DNA from: Coleofasciculus sp. B1-GNL1-01
GTDB taxonomy: Bacteria; Cyanobacteriota; Cyanobacteriia; Cyanobacteriales; Coleofasciculaceae
NCBI GenBank assembly: GCA_040220235.1
Contig: JAVJTO010000118.1
DNA: 64,000 bases
Direction: 5' to 3' (one strand)
Below the pieces are notes generated by a model that did no database searches, was not told the origin of the DNA, and saw only the letters and a list, made by a program, of their open reading frames with translations. The translations under genes were made by a program, and so were the position numbers. This document shows, piece after piece, positions 18,319-28,049 of this stretch. How positions within the stretch are numbered: the stretch's first letter is position 1; each line of letters starts with the position of its first letter.

Positions 18319-20049
18319 TCAACCTGGGGGAACGTTTTCTAAAATACAATCTGCCTGTAAAACCACAGTTTCCTCAGTTTGGAAAATCGTACACCGTTCC
18401 ATCATTGTCGCCAAAACAGGTATTTTTCCTTGCTGCAATTGGGTCAATGCTTCAGTGGCAATCGGTTGATACTGTTGCAGCCAGCTATTATTCACTAAAT
18501 AATCCGATGTAAAGGCTGAACGATCCAGTAACCAGAAGTCTATTTCATATTTTTTAATCACGTCCTGTACCTGGGCTAAATCTGCACTATATTGAGCGGT
18601 TAGCAAATCGATCACTCGTTGACGAAACGGCTGGTAGTAGCCCTGATGATAAGGAATTGCATATTCCCGACTCACCAAAATTGAGCGCCCAGAAAAGGTG
18701 GGTAAGTTATCCGCTTCTCGCGACAGGGAGGCGATCAGGCTATCCTGAGGCTGACTCGCGAAAAATTCGTAGAGTTCGGGGGCGTTTCCCTGTTTGTAAG
18801 CCGTTTTGGGAAACTCTTCGACAAAACTGGGATACCCAATCAGCAAAACTCCCACGAATGCAGCAAATCCTAGCGCCAGCGATCGCGATCCGATTTTAGA
18901 AAGACGAGATTGGGTTGTTTGTGCCGCCCAATGGAAAATCCCATCCAATAAAATAGTCAAGGCTATCCCAGCCGCTAGGGAAAGAATCAGTCGGAAACTA
19001 TGTTGAGTATAGCGACTGGGTAAATGCAGTTTGAAGAGTAAGGCATGAGCCACAAAAAACAGACTGAGGGAGACGAGGAGGGTTTGCGGTAAAAGGAATA
19101 CCCCAGGTTTAACCCGCCGACTCAGAGGAAATTGAGACGGATATCGCAGCAGCAACGGCAAGAGAAACGCCGCGTAAAGCAGGATAGGCAGAGACTCGCG
19201 ACGGGGAAGAATACCACTGCGATCGCCATTCAGCCAGAACTCCCAGAAATTATCCTCAAAAAAGGTAGTGCGTCCTCCGGGCAAAAACTCAGCCATGTTC
19301 CTCGCTTGAGTCGCACTAACAATTGGACCAAACTCCGAGGTTGTCAAAGCATAGGGTAACATAACCACAAATGCTACAACCAATCCCGACAGACAAAATA
19401 GATAATCCCCCCGTTTTTGAGACCAATGAATTCTCCCCCCTTCCCACTTAAATAGCTGTAGAATCAGTATTCCGGCTGAAATGAATACTGTTTGAGGATA
19501 AAACAGTCCTTGCAGCGCCAATGCGCCTAGACAAGGCAGGAGCGATCGCCGTAGACAATAGTACCAAAATGCCAACAGCAACGGATAAACAAACGCCCTA
19601 GGTGTAGCTGATACTAAATCATTGTAACTCCACAGCGTTTGATTTAACAGCAGTGAGCTAATAAATGCGGCTATTGGTACAGGTATTATTTGTAAAATAA
19701 ACTTAAAACAGTAACCTGTAGTAATCAGCGTCAGGAATAGGGGCAGAAATTTGTTAAAAATCAGAGGTTCAATTCCAATACCTGCCATGAATCGATACAG
19801 GCTAGTATACCCAGTCGGTGCCACAGATTGAAAATAGTTAGCAATCCAGTTATCCGGAAATAGCTGGGGTTCTAAAAATCGCTGCATCCAAAATACATGT
19901 TGTCGTGCATCATCTTGAACAACATACGGACTACTGAATGCTTGCTGTAATCCTAAAATTCCATAGACTACTGCAACGGTTAGGCTTAAAGTAATCCAGA
20001 ACTTAGTTTTTGATTTGTTAGAGAATTTTAATATTGAACAAATGTCCAC
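18319..20049 (-). CDS. Polytopic membrane protein, putative GT-C-fold glycosyltransferase (paralog 1)
   Basis: QDDARQHVFW after TM1, many TM helices, FxLHLPxRYT motif, soluble C-terminal domain; GAGG RBS before the GTG start. Confidence 0.7.
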   Translation of the reverse strand: MDICSILKFSNKSKTKFWITLSLTVAVVYGILGLQQAFSSPYVVQDDARQHVFWMQRFLEPQLFPDNWIANYFQSVAPTGYTSLYRFMAGIGIEPLIFNKFLPLFLTLITTGYCFKFILQIIPVPIAAFISSLLLNQTLWSYNDLVSATPRAFVYPLLLAFWYYCLRRSLLPCLGALALQGLFYPQTVFISAGILILQLFKWEGGRIHWSQKRGDYLFCLSGLVVAFVVMLPYALTTSEFGPIVSATQARNMAEFLPGGRTTFFEDNFWEFWLNGDRSGILPRRESLPILLYAAFLLPLLLRYPSQFPLSRRVKPGVFLLPQTLLVSLSLFFVAHALLFKLHLPSRYTQHSFRLILSLAAGIALTILLDGIFHWAAQTTQSRLSKIGSRSLALGFAAFVGVLLIGYPSFVEEFPKTAYKQGNAPELYEFFASQPQDSLIASLSREADNLPTFSGRSILVSREYAIPYHQGYYQPFRQRVIDLLTAQYSADLAQVQDVIKKYEIDFWLLDRSAFTSDYLVNNSWLQQYQPIATEALTQLQQGKIPVLATMMERCTIFQTEETVVLQADCILENVPPG

Positions 20050-20414
20050 TTCACCTCATTTTAATTTTAGAAATAGAATAACAATGATACCAAGCTTGAG
20101 CGCATCAAGATAATTGGCTTGTACCTGTCGTTTCTTTTTGTTGAAGGGGACTAATTGTCTCATATAGTATCTGCACCGTAGCCGTCATATCATGTTCTGA
20201 TTGATGATTTGATTGGATTGCCCCTAGTTGCAACGCCCTATACCAAGGAGTTTGAGCCATTTTCATTGTAGTTGACATGAGATGCGATCATTTGACATAA
20301 TCAAAGTCAATATTTGAGACTTTATCTGGCATCATTTCAGAGTAAGTTAATGTTATGTAGACTGGGCAATAGTGAGCCATTTTTGAAAACTTATGTTGTC
20401 ATTAGTTATGCCTG

Positions 20415-22103
20415 CTATTTTTGAGTAGATTTAACTATACATTTTGTTTGTAAAACAACCAAGTTTTTCGTTTCAAACACCGAGCATTTATCCAGAAAAC
20501 CAGACAAGACTGGTAGAGTTCCTTGCTCAAGAGTTGCCACGGCTTCTCTTGATACGGAAAACTGCATCAGCCAATTATTCCCCCTAATATATTCAGGTGT
20601 AAACGCTCTACGATTCAACAACAAAAAATCTACTCCATAAGTTTTAATAAACTGTCGCACATCAGTTAATTCTGGACTATACTGAGCGCGAATTAAATCA
20701 ACTGTTCGTTGACGAATCTGATTGTAGTAACCGACATGATAGGGAATCGCATACATTTCACTGACTAAAACCGGCTGCTGGGAAAACGTCGGCAAATTAT
20801 TAGCTTCTTCATCAAGGGAAGCAATCAGACTCGGCTGCGGTTGTTGAGCCAAAAATTCGTATAAACTAGGATATTGACCTTGTTTATATCGGGTAAACGG
20901 GAAACTCACAAAACAGGGATAGAAAATCAGTATCATCCCCAAAACTGCTGTAACTGCCCAGGCGAAGTATCGTCTAAAGCGGTGAGAGGTAACCCTTGCC
21001 CAATAAACCAATGCATCTACGACTACCACAAACGCGATCGCACTCGCCAATGCCATGACGATTCGCAGGCTATGGGTAGTATACCGAATCGGCAGATGCA
21101 GCCTAAACAAGAAGATGTGGGCGAGAATAAACGTCACACCCGCCGTTATCACCATCTGAGGTAAAATCGCCACACCCCTCCTCACCTGTTTCACCAACCG
21201 GAAGCGGGAAGGATAGCGCCACAGCAGCGGAAGTAGCAACCCCAGATACAGTAACGGCGGTAGAGACAATCCGCCCAAAAAACTACTACGCTTACCAAAC
21301 AGCCAAAACTCCCAAGGATTCTCATCAAAAAAAGGGGTTCTCCCCTCCGGCATAAATTCCGGTAACCCTCTCGCCACAGACGCCGCGATCGCAGGTCCAA
21401 ATTCATTAGACTGTAAAGCGTAGGGTAGCAGTACCAGAATCGCCACCGCCAATCCCAACCCGCCCAACCAATAATCCCAGCGATTCCCCGAAAGCCGCCA
21501 TCGCCCCCCTTGCCAGTCTCCCATCTGTAAAAGCATGATTCCCGCACAGATCAACACATACTGAGGATAGAATACCCCCAAAAGCGCGATCGCACCCAGA
21601 CAAGGAAATAGTGAACGCCGCAACACATAGTACAAAAACGCCAACACAATTGGATAAACAAACGCTCTCGGCGTACCCGAAATTAGAGTATAGGTTGTCC
21701 AAAGATTTTGATTCAGCAGTAGAGATGCCGTAAATCCAGCAATTGGCACAGGTAACAATTCCAAACCAATACCAAAACAGTAACCCGTAGTAATCAACCC
21801 CAAAATAGTCGGCACCAGCTTATTAAATACCAAGGGATGAATCCCAAAACCTGCCATAATCTGATACAGCGTTGCATATCCAACTGGCGCAACCGACTGA
21901 TGATAATCGGCAATTAAATCATCGCCGAATAGCCCTGGCTCTAAAAACCGTTGCATCCAGAATACATGTTGTCTGGCATCACTATCCACCAAATAGTCAC
22001 TACTAAACGCCTGCTGAAGTGCCAAAAGACTATAAACCACAGAAAATGTCAAACTGAGACTTAACCAAACGATAATCTGAGAACGGGATACCTTATTTGT
22101 CAT
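20415..22103 (-). CDS. Polytopic membrane protein, putative GT-C-fold glycosyltransferase (paralog 2)
   Basis: DSDARQHVFW; colinear with paralogs 1 and 3. Confidence 0.7.
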   Translation of the reverse strand: MTNKVSRSQIIVWLSLSLTFSVVYSLLALQQAFSSDYLVDSDARQHVFWMQRFLEPGLFGDDLIADYHQSVAPVGYATLYQIMAGFGIHPLVFNKLVPTILGLITTGYCFGIGLELLPVPIAGFTASLLLNQNLWTTYTLISGTPRAFVYPIVLAFLYYVLRRSLFPCLGAIALLGVFYPQYVLICAGIMLLQMGDWQGGRWRLSGNRWDYWLGGLGLAVAILVLLPYALQSNEFGPAIAASVARGLPEFMPEGRTPFFDENPWEFWLFGKRSSFLGGLSLPPLLYLGLLLPLLWRYPSRFRLVKQVRRGVAILPQMVITAGVTFILAHIFLFRLHLPIRYTTHSLRIVMALASAIAFVVVVDALVYWARVTSHRFRRYFAWAVTAVLGMILIFYPCFVSFPFTRYKQGQYPSLYEFLAQQPQPSLIASLDEEANNLPTFSQQPVLVSEMYAIPYHVGYYNQIRQRTVDLIRAQYSPELTDVRQFIKTYGVDFLLLNRRAFTPEYIRGNNWLMQFSVSREAVATLEQGTLPVLSGFLDKCSVFETKNLVVLQTKCIVKSTQK

Positions 22104-22261
22104 TTGTCAGTGAACAGTTAACAGTGAACAGTTAACAGTAACGAATGTCCTAACCTGCCTTAATACGGCTATAAAACCCGCTCCTAAACCAAAACATACC
22201 ATTTTCATTGAGAACATCCTCCTCCCCAAAACCGCGACTCGCCCTATTAACATACCGCAAA

Positions 22262-22310
22262 AACCTCTGCGCCCCTCTGCGCTTCCCTCTGCGTTCCTCT
22301 GCGTTAAAAA
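22262..22310. repeat. CCTCTGCG-based short tandem repeat
   Basis: Four CCTCTGCG cores in a row. Confidence 0.7.
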
Positions 22311-22354
22311 TAAAATCATGAGACAACAGACTTAACCCAACAAAATACTAATAA

Positions 22355-24112
22355 CTAATCCCCCAAACAATCCGCCGACAAAACAACCAACCCCTCCCTC
22401 TCAAACACCCGACATCGTTCCATCCTTGCCGCCAAAACCGGAACCCCTCCTCCTTGCAAACTCAACCTCGCCCCCGTCGCCGCCGCCTCATACTCTTGAA
22501 TCCAACGATTACCCATCACATACTCCAGCGTAAACGCCCCCCGTTCCACTAACCATAAATCCACCCCATACCGCCGAATAAAATCTTGCACCACTCCCTT
22601 ATCTAAACTATACTGAGCCTCAATCAAATCAACCGTCCGTTGATACATTTCATCGTAATAATCCAAATGATAAGGTAACGCATATCCCTCTCCCCCCACT
22701 AAAATCGAGCGCTGGGCAAACGTCGGTAAACTATTCGCTTCCTCCGTCAACGAAGCAATCAGTGTATTTTTCGGTTGTTGTTGCATAAACTCATAAAGTT
22801 CTGGCATAGTTCCCACCGTATAACGACGTATCGGAAACGGATAATCATTGGCTTGCAAAAGACTGGGATAACCCAAAAGAATAGCCATCAAACCCCCCGT
22901 AAATCCAACCCCCAAAAGCGGTTTTCCTTTCGTTTGAGCCACCCGTAAACCCGCATCTAACAAAAGAGTCAGCGCCACAGCCGCCGCCAACGCCACCACA
23001 ATCCGCAAACTATGTTCTGTATAACGATTAGGAAGATGTAACTTAAATAGAAACAAATGAGCCGCGACAAACATACCCATCGATACCAGCAGCATCTGAG
23101 GTAACAGCCTAATCCCCCCACTCACCCGTTTAACTAAAGGAAACCGCGAGGGATAGTTCAACAAAAACGGCAACGAAAAACTCACCCAAACCTGTGGCGG
23201 TACTAAAAGAATCGAATACTTTGCCATCAACCGACACCATTCCGTTGGCAACATACCACTGCGTTTACCACAAACCCAATAATTCCAGGGGTCATCATTA
23301 AAAAAACTTGACCATCCTTCCGCCGAAAAAGCCGATAATCTCCTCGCTTGTGTTACCGTAATTACAGAACCAAATTCCGATGGGTTTAAATAGGGGAAGA
23401 GAACCAAAAATGCGACTCCTAATCCCCACCCACAGAACCAATAATCTGAGCGCACTGGAGATAAACGAAACCGCCCCTGTTCCCACCGCCCTAGCTGAAC
23501 AATCAATAATCCAGCCACAATAAAGACACACTGAGGATAAAATACCCCCAAAAGCGCGATCGCGACAAGAGTTGGTAGTAACAACCGTCGCAACCGATAA
23601 TACAAAAAAGCGAGAAATAGCGGATAGACAAAGGCAACAGGTGTAGCCGATACCAAATCATCTCTCATCCAGAGATTTTGATTCAACAGCAACGACGCGA
23701 TAAATCCCGCCACGGGTACAGGCAAAAGTTGCAGAGTAATGCCAAAACAGTAGGCAGTAGCCACCAATCCCAACCCTAAGGGTAAAATCTTACTTAAAAC
23801 AATCGGATCAATTCCTACCGTGGCAAAGAGGTGATAAAATGTTGCATATCCCCAAGGTGCAACTGATTGAAAATAATCGGCAATCAAATCCCCAGGAAAC
23901 ACCTGTGAGTCAAGAAACCGACGCATCCAAAAGACATGCTGCCGCGCATCATCCTGCACAATATAATCATGACTCAACGCCTCTTGCAGTGCTGGATATG
24001 CATAAATAGCCGCAAAAGTCAAGCTCAAACTCAACCAAAACACCTGCTGAGTGCGAGAGACTTTGCCAGTAAGTAGGTGGGAAAACTTCAAGTTAACGGC
24101 TCTTATCGTCAT
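22355..24112 (-). CDS. Polytopic membrane protein, putative GT-C-fold glycosyltransferase (paralog 3)
   Basis: QDDARQHVFW, LLLNQNLW, FKLHLPNRYT, YALPYH. Confidence 0.7.
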   Translation of the reverse strand: MTIRAVNLKFSHLLTGKVSRTQQVFWLSLSLTFAAIYAYPALQEALSHDYIVQDDARQHVFWMRRFLDSQVFPGDLIADYFQSVAPWGYATFYHLFATVGIDPIVLSKILPLGLGLVATAYCFGITLQLLPVPVAGFIASLLLNQNLWMRDDLVSATPVAFVYPLFLAFLYYRLRRLLLPTLVAIALLGVFYPQCVFIVAGLLIVQLGRWEQGRFRLSPVRSDYWFCGWGLGVAFLVLFPYLNPSEFGSVITVTQARRLSAFSAEGWSSFFNDDPWNYWVCGKRSGMLPTEWCRLMAKYSILLVPPQVWVSFSLPFLLNYPSRFPLVKRVSGGIRLLPQMLLVSMGMFVAAHLFLFKLHLPNRYTEHSLRIVVALAAAVALTLLLDAGLRVAQTKGKPLLGVGFTGGLMAILLGYPSLLQANDYPFPIRRYTVGTMPELYEFMQQQPKNTLIASLTEEANSLPTFAQRSILVGGEGYALPYHLDYYDEMYQRTVDLIEAQYSLDKGVVQDFIRRYGVDLWLVERGAFTLEYVMGNRWIQEYEAAATGARLSLQGGGVPVLAARMERCRVFEREGLVVLSADCLGD

Positions 24113-24244
24113 TCGTCATTTGTCTTATGTTGATTGTTCATGGTTCATGGTTCATTAGTCTTATGTCTTATGTGTAAAGCAATGTCCGACTATTTTCTGC
24201 CACATTTGGCATACCCCATCAATTCTATTGATATCAATTGAACT

Positions 24245-24357
24245 GTAGGGGCGACCCGCTGCAAAAATGAACACAATTCACCCATAAACCTTATCGGGTC
24301 GCCCTGCATCAGTTATCAGAAAAACCAAGGAAAATCGACATGAACCATTGCCTAAAA
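24245..24357. repeat. 113-bp dispersed repeat (reverse copy of 1474-1586)
   Basis: Direct sequence comparison. Confidence 0.85.
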
Positions 24358-24415
24358 TTAAACCGTTATAGCCTTACAAAGGCAGGTTAAGACATTCTGT
24401 ACTATTGCCTATTGC

Positions 24416-26058
24416 CTATTCCCTATCTGAAGACCTAGCATAGAGAATATAGCGCGAATTTTGATACGCGATCGCAAAATCTAGATGGTGAGTGGTACTT
24501 GTCAGCAGATAATCAGCGTCATCTTATTCATCAAAGCCTGGGCTTGGTCAGTCGTTAAGCTGTTATACCCCGCAATCAGCGCCTGCTCCATCTTACTGAA
24601 TGTGACTCGTTCACCTGGTTGGGGCCAAGGGTTGAGAGTACCACTCAAGTCAGTAAGACGTTCATACCAGTCCAGCACTCCCACCTTGGTTGGGGGGATA
24701 AACTTAAATTTGGCGACAGTGGGGCGTTCTGCTACCCAAGTAAAAGGGGTAAGTTCTGCGGGGGGTGTAACAATCAGCGCATCATCCGGTGTGTTAGTGC
24801 GAATCCAATCACTTATAGCTTTGCCTTCCGGCTCTATCTCCTGTTGTTCACTGGGAAACTCAGATGGTGCAACTAAAGCTTGGTGAAATTGTACAGCCTG
24901 AACAGTACAAGCCCCACTCAATAGCACAATACAAACAAATAACAAAATGGGTCGTGCTTTACCGATAAAGCTTTGCTCCAGGGCGCAGGCAAACAGCAGA
25001 CAAGTAGTTAGGGGGAGCATCACATCCCCCAGCCGAAACGGGTAATATTGTAAGAACGTACCCTGAGCATCAAACGGCGCGATCGCAAGTCCTAAGCCAA
25101 AGGGTATCAACGTCAGCAGTGTGAACTCTGCCAGCCCCATCCGCACCGCATGTTCCTCAGACTGTCGCTTGCGCCAAAGTATTCCCACACTCAGCGCCAA
25201 CACTAGTAAGTAAACAACAGGTTTTATCCACCACTGTGAAGACCAATCAAGAGGATTTAGGTGGTGAGGAGAACGGATAAATACGTAAACATAGGACGGT
25301 TCTACAGCGCCTCTGGGACTAGGAGTCCATAAATGTTCCACAACCGTGTAAATCGATAGCGCGCTAGCTATTAGGTAAATCCCTACAACCGAACCCAGAT
25401 ACCGGATATTCCCAAAATGGCGGCGACGTCTGAGTAGCAACCATCCTCCTATCACCAAAAACGCCCACCCCCCGACAAGAGTGTGAAATGATGTGGCTAG
25501 CCCTAGCAAGAGTGCCATCACGCGATAGCGACCCGTTAACATTAGCCCAATCGCGAACAGCAATAGACCATAAGCTACAACTTTCGGTTCAATTCCTCCC
25601 ACCAACCATTCACGGGCAACTATACCTTGACGGTAATCTACATACAGAAACAAACCAACCGCTAGCAGCAGCAAGGGCAAACTCAACCCCAGCTTTCGAC
25701 CCAGAAAGACTAACCCTGAAGCCATCAAGGTGTAACACAACAGTCGTCCGATTAAAGACGTGGCTAAAAACCCCCAAGCCGCTGCCATTGAGCCAAACAA
25801 CGCCAGGAATGGTATCCGATAACCCGGGGGCTGATTGAGATACCAGTCTCCGGGAATCCAAGTTGGTTCAGCATACTGTCTCGCAAAGGGTAAGATATCT
25901 ACCTCGTTGTTGATACCCATATTGCCATCCAGCAGAAACCCCAAACTGAGAAATGCAGTTACTACCACAATTTGAACGCTGACTTTCTTCCAGTGGGTTT
26001 GGTTGTGCTCCACTGCATTGGTTGGAATGGAGTGGTTAGATATCATATTGTTGGTCAT
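24416..26058 (-). pseudogene. Polytopic membrane protein (DUF6798-like) with an apparent 1-bp frameshift near its 3' end
   Basis: ORF ends ...LMNKMTLIIC at 24502. A shifted frame continues (Y)DADYLLTSTTHHLDFAIAYQNSRYILYARSSDRE* to 24416. RSPHHL and WYERL motifs. Could be a sequencing error. Confidence 0.6.
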
Positions 26059-26192
26059 TTGCGTGATACTTCCCAGAATTTAAACATTAATCGTTGCCGA
26101 GTATAGTATTGTCAGCGTATCGCGAATAACTTTCCCATTGGACGAGGTATATCAGTCTAACCAATCCCGACGTTTACAAGAGGAATTCAAGT

Positions 26193-27197
26193 GTGGTCAA
26201 TGTTTTAGTTACAGGTGCAGCCGGCTTCATCGGATACCACCTCAGTCAACGGTTACTTGCCCAGGGTGATACCGTGATTGGACTGGATAACCTGAATGCT
26301 TACTATGATGTCTCCCTCAAACAAGCCCGACTCAAGCAACTGGAGAACCAACCGGGGTTTCGCTTTTATAAACTCGACCTAGCCGATAGAGAGGGGATTG
26401 CCCAAGTATTTGCCCAAGAATCTTTCGAGTGTGTTGTCCATCTGGCGGCGCAGGCGGGGGTTCGCTATTCCCTGAAAAATCCCTACGCTTATGTGGATAG
26501 TAACCTGGTGGGTTTCACCAATATCCTGGAAGGGTGTCGCCATTCCGATATTAAGCATCTGGTGTTTGCTTCATCGAGTTCGGTGTACGGCGCGAATACG
26601 AAAGTGCCGTTTTCAGTACAGGATAATGTCGATTCTCCGGTTAGCCTTTATGCGGCTACCAAGAAAGCCAATGAATTAATGGCTCATGCCTATAGTCATT
26701 TGTACAACATCCCGACAACAGGCTTGCGCTTCTTCACTGTCTACGGTTCGTGGTATCGTCCCGATATGGCACTCTTTCTATTTACCAAAGCTATCCTCGC
26801 TGAACAGCCGATTAATGTGTTTAATTATGGTCGGATGCAACGGGATTTTACCTACGTTGATGATGTTGTCGAGGGTGTGGTGCGAGTCATGGGTAAGATT
26901 CCGCCGCCGGAAGCATCAGGAAACGCTTCGCCTGGTTCGAGAAGTTCTGCACCTTACAAACTCTACAACATTGGCAATAATCAACCGATTGAATTGCTAC
27001 AACTCATCGAAACCCTAGAACAATGTTTGGGCAAAACGGCGGTGAAAAATATGCTACCTATGCAACCGGGAGATGTGCCAATTACTTATGCGGATGTGGA
27101 TGATTTGATGCAAGATGTGGGATTTAGACCGAATACGCCGATTGAAGTGGGTGTGGAACGTTTTGTTCAGTGGTATCGGTCTTATTACAATATTTAG
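26193..27197 (+). CDS. NAD-dependent nucleotide-sugar epimerase (UDP-glucuronate 4-epimerase type)
   Basis: VTGAAGFIG, HLAAQAGVRYS, YAATKKANE, RPDMA, MQPGDV. Confidence 0.93.
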   Translation: MVNVLVTGAAGFIGYHLSQRLLAQGDTVIGLDNLNAYYDVSLKQARLKQLENQPGFRFYKLDLADREGIAQVFAQESFECVVHLAAQAGVRYSLKNPYAYVDSNLVGFTNILEGCRHSDIKHLVFASSSSVYGANTKVPFSVQDNVDSPVSLYAATKKANELMAHAYSHLYNIPTTGLRFFTVYGSWYRPDMALFLFTKAILAEQPINVFNYGRMQRDFTYVDDVVEGVVRVMGKIPPPEASGNASPGSRSSAPYKLYNIGNNQPIELLQLIETLEQCLGKTAVKNMLPMQPGDVPITYADVDDLMQDVGFRPNTPIEVGVERFVQWYRSYYNI

Positions 27198-27353
27198 GGG
27201 CTGTTGAATAAGAGGCAACAAGGAACAGGCAACAGGCAGCGGTTTCACCCCCCAGTAATCACGAAGATTCTGCGATTAGCGAGAGCGCTTTGTTTTTATA
27301 TCAAGTCCGTCTAAACAATGTTCCAGATGTAGACTGTTACGTTTGGAACAATC

Positions 27354-27413
27354 GGGGCGGGTTTAGCCGTATTTGGATGAGGGAATAAACGATAGTGTCA
27401 AACCCACCCCTAC
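27354..27413. repeat. REP/REPIN-like element
   Basis: GGGGCGGGTTT...AAACCCACCCCTAC. Confidence 0.7.
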
Positions 27414-27670
27414 ACAGACCTTAATTTTCACGGGATCTGGAAAACCTCTCTCCAAACCTCTCTCCGAACCTCTCCCTAGCCCTCTCCTACAAGGAGAGGG
27501 AAGCGGAATATATTTTTTTATTTGGAGAGGCTTTGAATTCTCCCCCTTCCGTGCCAAAAAAGCAAAGCATCCTTTGTCATCCCCCATGCAAAAAAAAGTG
27601 AAACATCTTTTGTCCTCCCCCCTCGCAGGGGAGAACCGAGGCGGGTTGGGAAGGGGGCTGGGGGGTTAGA

Positions 27671-27961
27671 CTGAAGTTCCCCCCATACAGATGTACTGCA
27701 CCCAGGCTAAAGCCTTATACCGTAATGGTTTGAACGCTCAACCCCCTCCAAAATCGTACCCATGTAGCCCTTGCAAAAATACCGCGATACGTTCCTTCGG
27801 AACAGGCTCCGCCAACGCGGTATTTTTGCAATATGAAAAGAGATCGGCTGAAACCAACGCCACATCAGGGTTTCAGCGATTGTACCCATGTAGGGCGGCT
27901 AAAAAATCGCGGAAAGCCGCACGGTGAGGCAGTTTTGATTTTTTGGTTGGGGGAACTTCAG
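27671..27961. mobile_element. 291-bp MITE with 13-bp TIRs and a 6-bp target duplication
   Basis: CTGAAGTTCCCCC ... GGGGGAACTTCAG, flanked by GTTAGA at 27665-27670 and 27962-27967. Confidence 0.85.
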
Positions 27962-28049
27962 GTTAGATCTGATATAGATTTTTCTAGATGGCGTGAAAAG
28001 TCAGACACAGACGCCATTCCTGACGAACGCAGTGAACGTTAAACCTTTT

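Noticed and set aside
22107..22319. 70-aa ORF between membrane protein paralogs
   Set aside because: Composed of CCTCTGCG and GTTAACA repeats and an element end.
27363..28042. Several short ORFs (27363-27587, 27373-27669, 27691-27927, 27707-27889, 27833-28042)
   Set aside because: They lie over stacked repeats and the MITE, with no recognisable protein motifs; no reverse transcriptase or transposase remnant is visible.
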